From: an uncultured Erythrobacter sp.
GTDB taxonomy: Bacteria; Pseudomonadota; Alphaproteobacteria; Sphingomonadales; Sphingomonadaceae
Assembly (NCBI GenBank): GCA_947499505.1
Contig: CANMOQ010000001.1
Span: forward strand, 42,037 to 106,036
DNA: 64,000 bases
Reading direction: 5' to 3'
The translations under genes were made by a program, and so were the position numbers. Numbering within the stretch: the first letter of the stretch is position 1; each line of letters starts with the position of its first letter. Below the pieces are notes generated by a model. It searched no databases, was not told the DNA's origin, and saw nothing but the letters and a program-made list of their open reading frames with translations. Shown here piece after piece: positions 43,211-52,773 of this stretch.

Positions 43211-43997
43211 GCCGCTTTTCGACGTTCGCGCGCAGCTCTTCTATCCGCGCGGCATTGGCACCCAGATCGCTCACTCCGACCCGGCTGATCGAACGGAAAT
43301 CAATCTGATTTTCCGCGACGCGAGCGGTCACGTCATCCTTGAAGCCAAACCAAAACGTCTCGGCCAGGCCGTCAACTCTGCCAGCTTCGGTATCGGCCAC
43401 GACATTGTCAAAACCCATGTCTTCCATCGCCGCAGCAACCGCGGCCACTGCGTCCGCCTGGCTGGTGCTGCCTAGCGGCAAAGGCGCGAGATCCGCATAG
43501 GCTGATGTGATCAGCTGTGCGTGGGATTTGCCGGCGATCTCAGGATCGCTTTCCTTCCACATGTCGATCTCGCCCAGCGGGGTCTGATAATCATTGATCG
43601 GGTTCGCGTCGCTTGCATCGCGCGCGGCCAGCGTTGCGGCAGAAAGGCCGGGAGGGTTCGCGGTGTCGGTCGCAATATCGTGGATCGGCGGGATCGCGCC
43701 TGCCTGAGCGCGGACCATCGCTAGCGCGCCGAATGCGGTCGCTGGGATTACAATCGCGAGCAATGCCAAGAGCCAGCCCTTGCGCGGTTTTCTAAACACG
43801 CAGACCACAAAGGATGCCAAGGCCGCCAGCGCTACGCCGCCGAGCAGCAGTGGACCAACCTTGGCAATCAAAGTGCCAAGACCAGTCTGCCAGCTCCACA
43901 ATCCAAACTTGGTGCCAAGCGCTGAACCGGCGAAATAGACCGGCAAAAGCAAGGCGAGGACGAATACGAAGCGGCTGTGCCAAGGTGTTGTTTGCAT
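43200..43997 (-). CDS. Membrane-anchored DUF1499 family protein
   Basis: ORF track start is 44207. I prefer ATG 43997 (MQTTPWHSRFVFVLALLLP), which opens into TM segments. DUF1499-like C-terminus (DFRSISRVGVSDLGANAARIEELR). Confidence 0.65.
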   Translation of the reverse strand: MQTTPWHSRFVFVLALLLPVYFAGSALGTKFGLWSWQTGLGTLIAKVGPLLLGGVALAALASFVVCVFRKPRKGWLLALLAIVIPATAFGALAMVRAQAGAIPPIHDIATDTANPPGLSAATLAARDASDANPINDYQTPLGEIDMWKESDPEIAGKSHAQLITSAYADLAPLPLGSTSQADAVAAVAAAMEDMGFDNVVADTEAGRVDGLAETFWFGFKDDVTARVAENQIDFRSISRVGVSDLGANAARIEELRANVEKRLNP

Positions 43998-44144
43998 GTC
44001 TGCACCTCTAGCGAGGCAGCCCAAAGCTGCAAAGCCCCAACATGGCCCATGCGACAGCGGGTGTTGATAGAATTCGCTGAGCCCGCGATAGGGGGCGCTC
44101 CAGACGCCGCCTGGCGGCGCAAGTAGATAGGCGCACAGGTTTCC

Positions 44145-45326
44145 ATGAAAGCGATCATTGTCGGCGGCGGAATTGGCGGTCTCTGCGCGGCGCTGTGTCT
44201 TGATCACTTTGGCTGGCAGGTCGAGGTTTTGGAGCAGGCCGAAACACTGAGCGAAGTCGGCGCCGGCATTCAGGTCAGTCCCAACGGCGTAAAGGTGCTG
44301 CGCGCACTTGGTGTGGAGACGGCCTTACAGGACCGCGCCTTCGCCCCGGAAGAAGCGCAGTTTCGCATCGGCACTTCGGGCAGGCTCATTGGGCGCACCT
44401 GCTGGGGCGCGGCTATGGAGCGGCGCCACGGCGCGCCATACTGGCATGTGCACCGCGCGGACCTGGCCGAAGTGCTTGCAGACGCATTGGAAGCATGCAG
44501 TCCCGGCGCCTTGCGCACTGGCTCGACGGTAACCGGCTATGGTCAAGATGAAGGATCCGCCTGGGCAAATCTCGCCGATGGATCGCGCGCGCAAGGCGAC
44601 ATTGTGATCGGCGGAGATGGCATCAAATCGGTTATTCGTCAGCAGATGCTCGGCCCCTCCAAACCGCGCTTTATCGGCAATGTCGCATGGCGTGCGGTAG
44701 TGCCCATGGACCAACTGGGCGAGCACGCCCCGCCGCCCGCCGCCTGTATCTGGATGGGCGAGGGTAAACATGCCGTCACTTACCGGCTGCGCGGAGGAAC
44801 ACTGGCCAATTTTGTAGGCGTGGTGGAACGCGATGATTGGCAGGTCGAAAGCTGGAGCGAGCGCGGCACCAAAGAACAGGCCTTGGCAGATTTTGCAGGT
44901 TGGCACCCGGTGATCACTCGCATGATCAAGCAGGCCGATGCGCATTATCGCTGGGCCTTGTTTGATCGCGCACCCATTGACCAATGGAGCGACGGGCGTG
45001 TCACTCTGCTCGGCGATGCCTGCCACCCGATGCTGCCATTTATGGCGCAGGGGGCGGTGATGGCGATTGAAGATGGCGGGGTGCTTGCCCGTGAATTGTC
45101 CGAGGCCGCCAATGCGCCAGACGCACTTGCTCGCTATGAGGCGCAGCGTCAGCCGCGCACTGCGCGGGTTCAGCGCCGCGCCACCGGCAATATGAGCATA
45201 TTCCACCGCCGCAGTGCGCCTGCGAAGCTTGCGACCTATGGACCGATCTGGCTCGCAAGCCGCCTCGTCCCCGGAGTATTGGATGCGCAATTCGACTGGA
45301 TCTATGGCCATGACGTGACCGCATAA
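44145..45326 (+). CDS. FAD-dependent aromatic-ring monooxygenase (salicylate / 3-hydroxybenzoate hydroxylase-like)
   Basis: 393 aa. MKAIIVGGGIGGLCAALCL, GGDGIKSVIR, GDACHPMLPFMAQGAVMAIEDG. Confidence 0.85.
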   Translation: MKAIIVGGGIGGLCAALCLDHFGWQVEVLEQAETLSEVGAGIQVSPNGVKVLRALGVETALQDRAFAPEEAQFRIGTSGRLIGRTCWGAAMERRHGAPYWHVHRADLAEVLADALEACSPGALRTGSTVTGYGQDEGSAWANLADGSRAQGDIVIGGDGIKSVIRQQMLGPSKPRFIGNVAWRAVVPMDQLGEHAPPPAACIWMGEGKHAVTYRLRGGTLANFVGVVERDDWQVESWSERGTKEQALADFAGWHPVITRMIKQADAHYRWALFDRAPIDQWSDGRVTLLGDACHPMLPFMAQGAVMAIEDGGVLARELSEAANAPDALARYEAQRQPRTARVQRRATGNMSIFHRRSAPAKLATYGPIWLASRLVPGVLDAQFDWIYGHDVTA

Positions 45327-45344
45327 CCTGGCTAAATCACGGTG

Positions 45345-45384
45345 CGCTGCGCATACGTTTGCTCCATTGCTGCGCAGCGTTTTC
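45345..45384 (+). terminator. Hairpin followed by a T-run after the monooxygenase gene
   Basis: CGCTGCGCA (45345-45353), a 17-nt loop, TGCGCAGCG (45371-45379), then TTTTC. Confidence 0.5.
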
Positions 45385-45474
45385 ACTGGTGCATAAGGCG
45401 CATTAAGGGTTAGAGACGGGCTTCTTACAAAGGCGCCCGGCAAGCGGCGCGATGGGGCACGGAGGCATACCCAC

Positions 45475-46107
45475 ATGACCAGCGATCTTTCATCCCGGCT
45501 CAGCGCAGCGCCCGTGGTCCCTCTGATCGGCGAGAATGACGCCGCACTCGCGGTGAAGACCGCCAATGCGCTCAATGCTGGCGGGCTGTCGGTCATCGAA
45601 GTTGTGATGCGCAGCGATGCGGCTCAGGCTGGGATGGAGGCGATCATCGCCGAAACCGAGGGGCTGATCGTTGGCGCGGGCACCGTCCTGACACTCGACC
45701 AAGCCAAATCTGTCCGCGCGAGCGGCGCGGAATTTATCGTGTCCCCCGGCCTGGTTGACGAGATTGCCGTCTATTGCCTCGACGAAGGTATTCCATTCTT
45801 TCCCGGCACCATGACCGCTGGCGAAGTTCAGCGCGCCTATGCATTGGGCCTGCGCGATGTGAAGTTTTTCCCCGCCAGCCTCGCGGGCGGCGTGCCGATG
45901 CTCAAGGCATTGGGCTCCGTGTTTCGCGAGATGCGCTTTATGCCCACAGGCGGCGTTTCCGCCAGTAATTTGGCAGAGTTCCTTGCGCTTGATCATGTGC
46001 TCGCCTGTGGCGGTAGCTGGCTGACCCCGCGCGATGCGGTGGAAAGCGGCGATTTTGCGCGTGTCACTCAGCTGGCGAGCGAAGCTGTGGCGATTGCCAA
46101 GGGCTAG
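45475..46107 (+). CDS. eda: KDPG / 4-hydroxy-2-oxoglutarate aldolase
   Basis: 210 aa. VIEVVMRS, GAGTVL, FIVSPG, VKFFPA (Schiff-base Lys), PTGGVS. Confidence 0.88.
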   Translation: MTSDLSSRLSAAPVVPLIGENDAALAVKTANALNAGGLSVIEVVMRSDAAQAGMEAIIAETEGLIVGAGTVLTLDQAKSVRASGAEFIVSPGLVDEIAVYCLDEGIPFFPGTMTAGEVQRAYALGLRDVKFFPASLAGGVPMLKALGSVFREMRFMPTGGVSASNLAEFLALDHVLACGGSWLTPRDAVESGDFARVTQLASEAVAIAKG

Positions 46108-46177
46108 CTTGCCATCGCTGCCCGGCTCGACCACAGCTTAGATTGTGATGAGCTCTTTGGGTGCGTGTTGAGGCGAG

Positions 46178-49100
46178 ATGGACGGGGACACCGGTTGGCA
46201 GTTTTGGATTGATCGCGGCGGCACCTTTACCGATATCGTCGCCCGCGATCCCGCTGGCGCGCTGACCACCCATAAATTCCTATCGGAAAATCCTGAGCAT
46301 TATGAGGATGCCGCGCTGCACGGCATTCGCCTGATCCTGAGTCTGGACGGTGATGCGCCGATCCCGCTGGATCAGATATCCGCGATCAAAATGGGCACGA
46401 CGATCGCCACCAATGCTCTGCTGGAGCGGGAGGGCGAGGACACTTTGTTCCTGACCACGCGCGGGCTCGGGGATGTGATCGAAATCGGCTATCAATCGCG
46501 GCCAGACACCTTTGCGCTTAACATTGAGAAAGCGCATTTGCTCTACCGCGACGTGGCCGAAATTGATGAGCGTGTGCTGGCGGACGGCACGGTCGAGTTG
46601 CCGCTGGATCAGGCGCAGGTACGCGGTGTTTTGCAAGCGGCCTATGATGCGGGCATTCGCTGCCTCGCTGCGGCCTTGATGCATGCTTACAAATTTCCGA
46701 AATACGAGCGGCAAGTGGCGGCAATCGCGAGTGAAATCGGCTTTACGCAAATCTCGGTCAGCCATGATGTCAGCCCGCTCAGCAAGATTGTGCCGCGCGG
46801 TGAGACGACGATTGTCGATGCCTATTTGACGCCCATTCTGAGGCGCTATGTCGACCGGGTGGCAAGCGCCTTTGGCGAGGTGCATGAGTCGGGGCAGCTG
46901 CTGTTTATGCAAAGCTCTGGCGGACTGGTGGATGCAGCGCAATTTCGCGGGCGCGATGCGATCCTCTCCGGTCCGGCGGGTGGGATTGTCGGCTGCGTCC
47001 ACACCGCAAGGCTGGCCGGGTTCGATCGCGTGATCGGCTTCGACATGGGCGGGACATCGACCGATGTGTCGCATTACGCTGGCGAGTTTGAGAAGGTCTA
47101 TGAGACCAAGGTCGCGGGCGTGCAGATGCGCGTGCCGATGCTCAACATTCACACCGTGGCCGCCGGGGGCGGATCGGTGCTGCGTTATGAGGACGGACGG
47201 CTGAGGGTTGGCCCCGGGTCGGCGGGCGCAGACCCCGGCCCGGCGAGTTACCGGCGCGGCGGCCCCCTTACGGTCACGGATATCAATGTGGTGCTGGGCA
47301 AATTGCAGCCGGAGCATTTTCCGAAGATTTTTGGTGCCGGTCAAAATGAGCCGCTGGGCGTGGAGGAGGCGCGCGCGGGTTTTGAAGCGGTCGCGAGCGA
47401 GATTGCCGACGGGCGCAGCGCGGAACAAGTGGCGGAGGGTTTCCTCGAGATCGCGGTCGAGCACATGGCCCAAGCGATCAAGAAAATCTCGATTGCCCGC
47501 GGCTATGATGTGCAGAATTACGCGCTCAATTGCTTTGGCGGAGCGGGGGGACAGCATGCCTGCCTGGTCGCGGAACGATTGGGTGTTCGCTCGATATTGC
47601 TGCATCCCTTTGCCGGGGTTCTATCCGCCTATGGCATGGGGTTGGCCGCGATAGAGACTGAGCGGCAGCGCGTCGTGGACCAAGAACTCAGTGGAGCAGT
47701 ACTGGCGCAGGTTGATGCCGTGATCGCTGAACTTGAGACGGAGAATGCCCGCGAAATGGCAACGCAGGGCGCAGCAGAGCATGCCCTAGAACATCGCGCC
47801 TCCGCTCTGCTGCGTTATCGCGGGACGGACACGGTGATCCGCGTCGCCATCGGCAGCGCAGCGGACATGCGCGCGGCGTTTGAAGCGGATCATGCGCGGC
47901 AATTCGGTTTTCTCGCGCCGGGCAAGGCGGTGTTGCTGGACACTCTGGTTGTCGAAACCCGCTCAGTGGGCAAGACGCCAGTTGAAGCGGTGTTGGAAGG
48001 GCGCGGCGCTGCGGAGCCAGCCTCCATCGACGAGGTCGGCATATTCACCAAAGGCGCGCATCACCAGGCGCCTATCTATGACATCGCCTCGCTGGTGCCC
48101 GGAGCGGCCATCCACGGCCCGGCCATCATCACTGAGCCGACCGGCACGATCATTGTTGAGCCGGGCTGGAGCGCTGACGTCAATGCCTATGGGCACTTGA
48201 TACTGACAGCACGCGAGGTCGAAGTGTCTGCCGCAGAGGCCACGCAAGCGGCCGAGCAAAGCGATCCGGTCACGCTGGAGATATTCAACAATCTCTTCAT
48301 GTCGATCGCCGAGCAAATGGGCATCGTCCTGCGCAACACCTCGCAATCGGTAAATGTGAAAGAGCGGCTCGATTTTTCCTGCGCTATTTTCGATGCGGAC
48401 GGCAATCTGGTCGCCAATGCGCCGCATGTGCCGGTGCATCTCGGATCAATGGATGCCAGCGTAAAGACCATCATCGAGAGCGGTCAGTCGATCCAGCCCG
48501 GCGATGCTTTCGTGCATAACAATCCGCATAAGGGCGGCTCGCACCTCCCTGACATCACTGTAGTTACCCCGGTGTTTGACGAGACGGACGGCGCGCTGAT
48601 GTTCTTCACCGCATCGCGCGCGCATCACGAGGATATTGGCGGCATCGCGCCCGGATCCATGTCGCCGCTGGGTCGCACGATTCATGAGGAAGGCGTGCTG
48701 CTCGACAATATCAAGCTGGTCGAGAGCGGTGAATTTCAAACCGCACCATTGGAAAGTGTCCTCAGCAGCGGGCCTTACCCGGCGCGCAATCCGGCTCAGA
48801 ATATCGCTGACCTGATGGCGCAGGTCGCGGCCAATAAAGCAGGCGCGAATGAGCTGGCCAAGCTGGTGCGCAGCTATGGGCTGGGGCAAGTGCGCGCCTA
48901 TATGGGCTTTATCCAGGACAGCGCGGAGGCGGCGGTCAAGCGCGCGATCCAGACGCTCGAAGATGGCGCGTTTGCGCTTGAGCTGGACAGCGGAGCGGTG
49001 ATCAAAGTCGCCATCCGAGCCGACAAACAAGCGGGCCGCGCGGTCGCCGATTTCACTGGCACGTCTGCCCAAATGGACAACGCTTTCAACGCCCCGCGCG

Positions 49101-49816
49101 CGATCACCCATGCTGCGATCCTCTATGTCTTCCGCTGCCTCGTCGGCGATGACATTCCGCTCAACGCGGGCTGTATGAAGCCGCTCGACGTGATCATCCC
49201 AGAAGGCTGCTTGCTCAATCCCGCATTTCCAGCGGCAGTGGTCGCGGGCAATGTCGAGACCAGCCAAGCGGTCACCGATGCTCTGTTCGCGGCGCTCGGG
49301 CGGCTCGGCACGGGGCAGGGGACCATGAACAACCTCACATTTGGCAATGCCCGCGTCCAATATTACGAGACGATCTGCTCTGGGGCGCCCGCTGGCCCTG
49401 GCTTTGACGGAGCCTCCGGCGTCCACACGCATATGACCAACACCCGCATGACTGATCCCGAAGTGCTGGAGCAGCGTTATCCCGTCGTGCTCGACGAGTT
49501 TCGCATAGAGCGCGGATCGGGCGGCAAGGGCCGATGGAATGCGGGCGACGGGGTGCGCCGAGTGATCCGGTTTCGAGAGGATATGGAATGCTCGATCCTG
49601 TCAGAGCGACGGCGCGTGCCAGCCCCCGGCATCATGGGCGGCGAGAATGGCCACGTGGGCCGCAATCTGGCTGAGCGCGCGGGCGGCACGAGCGACAACC
49701 TTGGCGGATGCGCGCAAACCCACATGGCTACGGGCGATCGGGTCGTGATTGAAACACCGACCGGCGGCGGCTTTGGCCCACTTGCCGAAAGGGAAGCAGA
49801 AAGCAACGACACATGA
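46178..49816 (+). CDS. Fused hydantoinase A/B family protein (5-oxoprolinase, ATP-hydrolysing type)
   Basis: 1212 aa. N-terminus [16 protein letters not shown] HyuA-like half followed by a HyuB-like half ([20 protein letters not shown]). Confidence 0.88.
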   Translation: MDGDTGWQFWIDRGGTFTDIVARDPAGALTTHKFLSENPEHYEDAALHGIRLILSLDGDAPIPLDQISAIKMGTTIATNALLEREGEDTLFLTTRGLGDVIEIGYQSRPDTFALNIEKAHLLYRDVAEIDERVLADGTVELPLDQAQVRGVLQAAYDAGIRCLAAALMHAYKFPKYERQVAAIASEIGFTQISVSHDVSPLSKIVPRGETTIVDAYLTPILRRYVDRVASAFGEVHESGQLLFMQSSGGLVDAAQFRGRDAILSGPAGGIVGCVHTARLAGFDRVIGFDMGGTSTDVSHYAGEFEKVYETKVAGVQMRVPMLNIHTVAAGGGSVLRYEDGRLRVGPGSAGADPGPASYRRGGPLTVTDINVVLGKLQPEHFPKIFGAGQNEPLGVEEARAGFEAVASEIADGRSAEQVAEGFLEIAVEHMAQAIKKISIARGYDVQNYALNCFGGAGGQHACLVAERLGVRSILLHPFAGVLSAYGMGLAAIETERQRVVDQELSGAVLAQVDAVIAELETENAREMATQGAAEHALEHRASALLRYRGTDTVIRVAIGSAADMRAAFEADHARQFGFLAPGKAVLLDTLVVETRSVGKTPVEAVLEGRGAAEPASIDEVGIFTKGAHHQAPIYDIASLVPGAAIHGPAIITEPTGTIIVEPGWSADVNAYGHLILTAREVEVSAAEATQAAEQSDPVTLEIFNNLFMSIAEQMGIVLRNTSQSVNVKERLDFSCAIFDADGNLVANAPHVPVHLGSMDASVKTIIESGQSIQPGDAFVHNNPHKGGSHLPDITVVTPVFDETDGALMFFTASRAHHEDIGGIAPGSMSPLGRTIHEEGVLLDNIKLVESGEFQTAPLESVLSSGPYPARNPAQNIADLMAQVAANKAGANELAKLVRSYGLGQVRAYMGFIQDSAEAAVKRAIQTLEDGAFALELDSGAVIKVAIRADKQAGRAVADFTGTSAQMDNAFNAPRAITHAAILYVFRCLVGDDIPLNAGCMKPLDVIIPEGCLLNPAFPAAVVAGNVETSQAVTDALFAALGRLGTGQGTMNNLTFGNARVQYYETICSGAPAGPGFDGASGVHTHMTNTRMTDPEVLEQRYPVVLDEFRIERGSGGKGRWNAGDGVRRVIRFREDMECSILSERRRVPAPGIMGGENGHVGRNLAERAGGTSDNLGGCAQTHMATGDRVVIETPTGGGFGPLAEREAESNDT

Positions 49817-51042
49817 TCAGACGCATTCGCAATATCGGCCCCGGCGCGCTGGTGACCGCCGCGTTCATCGGGCCGGGAACCGTCACCGCCTGCACCATCG
49901 CTGGCGCGAGCTTTGGCTTTGCGCTGCTGTGGGCACTGGTGTTTGCAACGCTGGCCACGATCATCTTGCAGGAAATGTCGGCGCGGCTGGGCGTGGTGAC
50001 ACAGCGCGGGCTGGGCGAGACTTTGGCGGACCTGCTGCAAAGCTCGGTGTTCAAATGGCCGCTCATCCTGCTCGTGGGCCTCGCGCTCTATCTTGGTAAC
50101 GCTGCCTATGAGGCGGGCAATCTATCCGGCGCGGCGCTGGGAATTGCGGCAATTGCGGGGGAAGGGGATGCGGCCTTCAAGTTCGCGGTGCTGGCGATAG
50201 CGGTGCTTGCCGCCGCGCTGCTGCTCGCCGGATCGTACAAGCAGATTGAGCGCGTTCTGCTCGGCTTGGTGGCGATTATGGCGCTCGCCTTTGCTGCGAC
50301 ATTCGCCATCGTTCGCCCTGATTTCGGCGCGATGTTTGCCGGCATGTTCGTGCCCAGCATCCCGCCCGAAGCGCTGCTGACCGTCATCGCTCTGATCGGC
50401 ACCACGGTGGTTCCCTACAATCTGTTTTTGCACGCCTCGGCGGCCAAGGCGCGTTGGAGCAACACCGAGAATACCGACGCCAATTTGAGCGAGGCGCGCG
50501 CCGACACCAGCATTGCTATCGGCATTGGCGGACTGATCGCGATCCTGATCGCATCAACCGCTGCGGCCAGCCTTTTTGCCGCGGGGATCAATGTCACCAG
50601 CGCCGCAGAAATGGCGAGCCAGTTCGAGCCCTTGTTTGGTTCGAACTCTAAATATCTGCTTGGTATCGGTTTGTTTGCTGCTGGCTTGACCAGCTCGATT
50701 ACCGCGCCGCTTGCCACCGCCTTTGCGATGACGGAGGTTCTGCGGCTTAAGGGTGGCCAAAAATCGCTCGCCTTTAAGGGGATCGCGCTCAGCGTGATTG
50801 TGATTGGCGCGAGTATTTCGCTCGCGGGCATCCGGCCAATTGAAGTGATCGTCACTGCGCAATTTGCCAATGGTTTGCTGTTGCCGATCGTCGCCGCATT
50901 CCTGCTTTATGTGATGAACCAAAAGGCGGTGCTGGGGCGCTATGCCAATGGGCCGCTCGCCAATGTGCTGGGCTTTGGAGTTGTTTTGATTGCGGCAGGG
51001 CTGGGCCTGAGGCTGGTGCTGCGCGCAGCGGGCCTGATGTAG
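49813..51042 (+). CDS. NRAMP-family divalent metal transporter
   Basis: 409 aa. ATGA overlap with the oxoprolinase stop. GPGALVTAAFIGPGTVTACT block and about 11 hydrophobic segments. Confidence 0.8.
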   Translation: MIRRIRNIGPGALVTAAFIGPGTVTACTIAGASFGFALLWALVFATLATIILQEMSARLGVVTQRGLGETLADLLQSSVFKWPLILLVGLALYLGNAAYEAGNLSGAALGIAAIAGEGDAAFKFAVLAIAVLAAALLLAGSYKQIERVLLGLVAIMALAFAATFAIVRPDFGAMFAGMFVPSIPPEALLTVIALIGTTVVPYNLFLHASAAKARWSNTENTDANLSEARADTSIAIGIGGLIAILIASTAAASLFAAGINVTSAAEMASQFEPLFGSNSKYLLGIGLFAAGLTSSITAPLATAFAMTEVLRLKGGQKSLAFKGIALSVIVIGASISLAGIRPIEVIVTAQFANGLLLPIVAAFLLYVMNQKAVLGRYANGPLANVLGFGVVLIAAGLGLRLVLRAAGLM

Positions 51043-51049
51043 GCTAGGG

Positions 51050-51640
51050 CTAGCGCGTCAGCCGCTTGAGATCGTCCAAAGTGTCTATGTCCGTAAGTTG
51101 GTCGGGCCGGCAGGAAATGATCTTTGCCTCAGATAACAAAGCGCCAGCGCCGCGGTGCCCCGTAACCTGCATTAGGGTGGCGAAGTGCTCTTTGCCAAAG
51201 ACCGCAGGCGGAGTGCGGGCCGTGCCATTGTGCGAGGCGGCGATGGTGCTGGCGGTGGCTTGCGCTGCCAGCGCGCGGAAATGCTCCAGCGGCACAAAGG
51301 GCATGTCAGCCAGCGCGATAAGCAGCGTCTCTGCCTGTGCTTCAACGGCAAGTTTTGCGGCGAGCGCGACCGATGTGCCCATGCCTTGATCGGCATCTGG
51401 ATTGAGAGCGATTTCAAAACCCCTTGCGCGCCAGCCACCCGCGCACGCATGCTCTTCGTTTGATGCAATGACAATGCGCTGATCAGCGGGCAGGGCGGCT
51501 AGTGTCTCGCTTGCGTGGAGGCCCAGCATTGTGCCGTTCAAGTCTGCAGAAAGCTTGTCTGCCGTGCCAAAGCGCTGAGACTGTCCTGCCGCGAGCAGCG
51601 CGATCATAAGTCCGTTCTGCCTAAGCGTCATGGCCCGCAA
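51050..51640 (-). CDS. MobA/MocA-like nucleotidyltransferase (molybdenum cofactor cytidylyl/guanylyl-transferase family)
   Basis: 196 aa. LLAAGQSQRFGTADKL signature. Overlaps the XdhC stop (alternative start at 51631). Confidence 0.75.
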   Translation of the reverse strand: MRAMTLRQNGLMIALLAAGQSQRFGTADKLSADLNGTMLGLHASETLAALPADQRIVIASNEEHACAGGWRARGFEIALNPDADQGMGTSVALAAKLAVEAQAETLLIALADMPFVPLEHFRALAAQATASTIAASHNGTARTPPAVFGKEHFATLMQVTGHRGAGALLSEAKIISCRPDQLTDIDTLDDLKRLTR

Positions 51641-52565
51641 AATCCGCCGATTGGTAGGCGCGTACGATTTCGCTCAAGGCGGATAGCGCCAGCGTTTCTG
51701 GATCGCGCGAGGAGTGAAACAGGCCAAGCGGGGCGTTGATCGAGGCGACCGCATCAGCGGGCACGCCGCTGGCCAGCAACGCTTCGCTGCGCGCGCTATG
51801 CGCTTTGCGGCTGCCCATTGCCCCGCAATAGAAATGCGGCAGTTCCAATGCGCGGGCGAGCAGTTTCACTTCCCAATCATGGTCGTGGAATAGGAAGACG
51901 AAGGCCGTCCAGGGATCGCTGCTGAGCAGATGGGTGTCGCTGGTGCGGGTGAGCAGCTGTGCCGGGGGTCCGAGGGTAGTGAGGCGCTCGCAAATATCTG
52001 CATCGGGCGACAAAACACCGCTTCCAATTTCCATCGCGCCTGCGAGCTTGGCCAGTGCCTCAACGCTTGCTCCATGCCCGATGATGCAGAGGCGCGGCTG
52101 TGGCCAATGGCCAAACGTACCGATGCCTGATGCGACATCGGCCTTGAGTTCTTGCCAGCCATCAAGGTAAGCGACCTCGCCGCCGCCGATTTGCACGGTG
52201 AAGGGCTTTCGCGCGGCGATTGCGGTGTTGCACTGCTCGGCGAATTCTTGGCTCGCCAATGGCTGGAAATGCACATCAATGCCGCCGCCGCAGGGCAGGG
52301 TGATATCGATGTAGCGGGAGCCTGCGCCAAAGCGGACGACGCGCGGCTTTCCCTCCCGCAGGGCCTCTTGCGCTTCTGTTACAACGGCGTTTTCGATGCA
52401 CCCGCCTGACAGCGATCCGGCGAAATCGCCGTCTTCACACACGGCCATATGCGTGCCGGGATTGCGGATCGAGGAACCCTCCACCGCCATGACCGTCACC
52501 AGCGCGCAGGCGCGGCCCTCGCGCTGCCGATCGCTCAGAAAGGCAAAAACCCGATCGCGGTCCAT
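51621..52565 (-). CDS. XdhC/CoxI-family molybdoenzyme maturation protein
   Basis: 314 aa. CALVTVMAVEGSSIRNPGTHMAV...GSLSGGCIENAV and a second Rossmann-like half (LCIIGHGASVEALAKLA). Confidence 0.82.
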   Translation of the reverse strand: MDRDRVFAFLSDRQREGRACALVTVMAVEGSSIRNPGTHMAVCEDGDFAGSLSGGCIENAVVTEAQEALREGKPRVVRFGAGSRYIDITLPCGGGIDVHFQPLASQEFAEQCNTAIAARKPFTVQIGGGEVAYLDGWQELKADVASGIGTFGHWPQPRLCIIGHGASVEALAKLAGAMEIGSGVLSPDADICERLTTLGPPAQLLTRTSDTHLLSSDPWTAFVFLFHDHDWEVKLLARALELPHFYCGAMGSRKAHSARSEALLASGVPADAVASINAPLGLFHSSRDPETLALSALSEIVRAYQSADFAGHDA

Positions 52566-52574
52566 TCAGCGTTT

Positions 52575-52751
52575 CTATTCAGCAGGCTGTTCGGGTTCGG
52601 CAGGTACCGCTTGTTCAGGTGCCGCCGCGCTGGCCGCTTCGCCCGGCTTAGCGACGACAATTTGCTCGACCGGTTCTTGCACCTCTGACCCGCCGCATGC
52701 GGCTAGCGAGAGCGTGCCGAGAGCGGCCATGCTTGCAGTGAATTTGCGCAT
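52575..52751 (-). CDS. Small (58 aa) lipoprotein, not in the supplied ORF track (below its length cut-off)
   Basis: Minus-strand ATG at 52751 preceded by GAAGGAGG. Translation MRKFTASMAALGTLSLAACGGSEVQEPVEQIVVAKPGEAASAAAPEQAVPAEPEQPAE has a signal peptide plus lipobox LAAC. Sits between the molybdopterin subunit and xdhC genes. Confidence 0.6.
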   Translation of the reverse strand: MRKFTASMAALGTLSLAACGGSEVQEPVEQIVVAKPGEAASAAAPEQAVPAEPEQPAE

Positions 52752-52773
52752 AGTGTGCCTCCTTCAACCGCGC

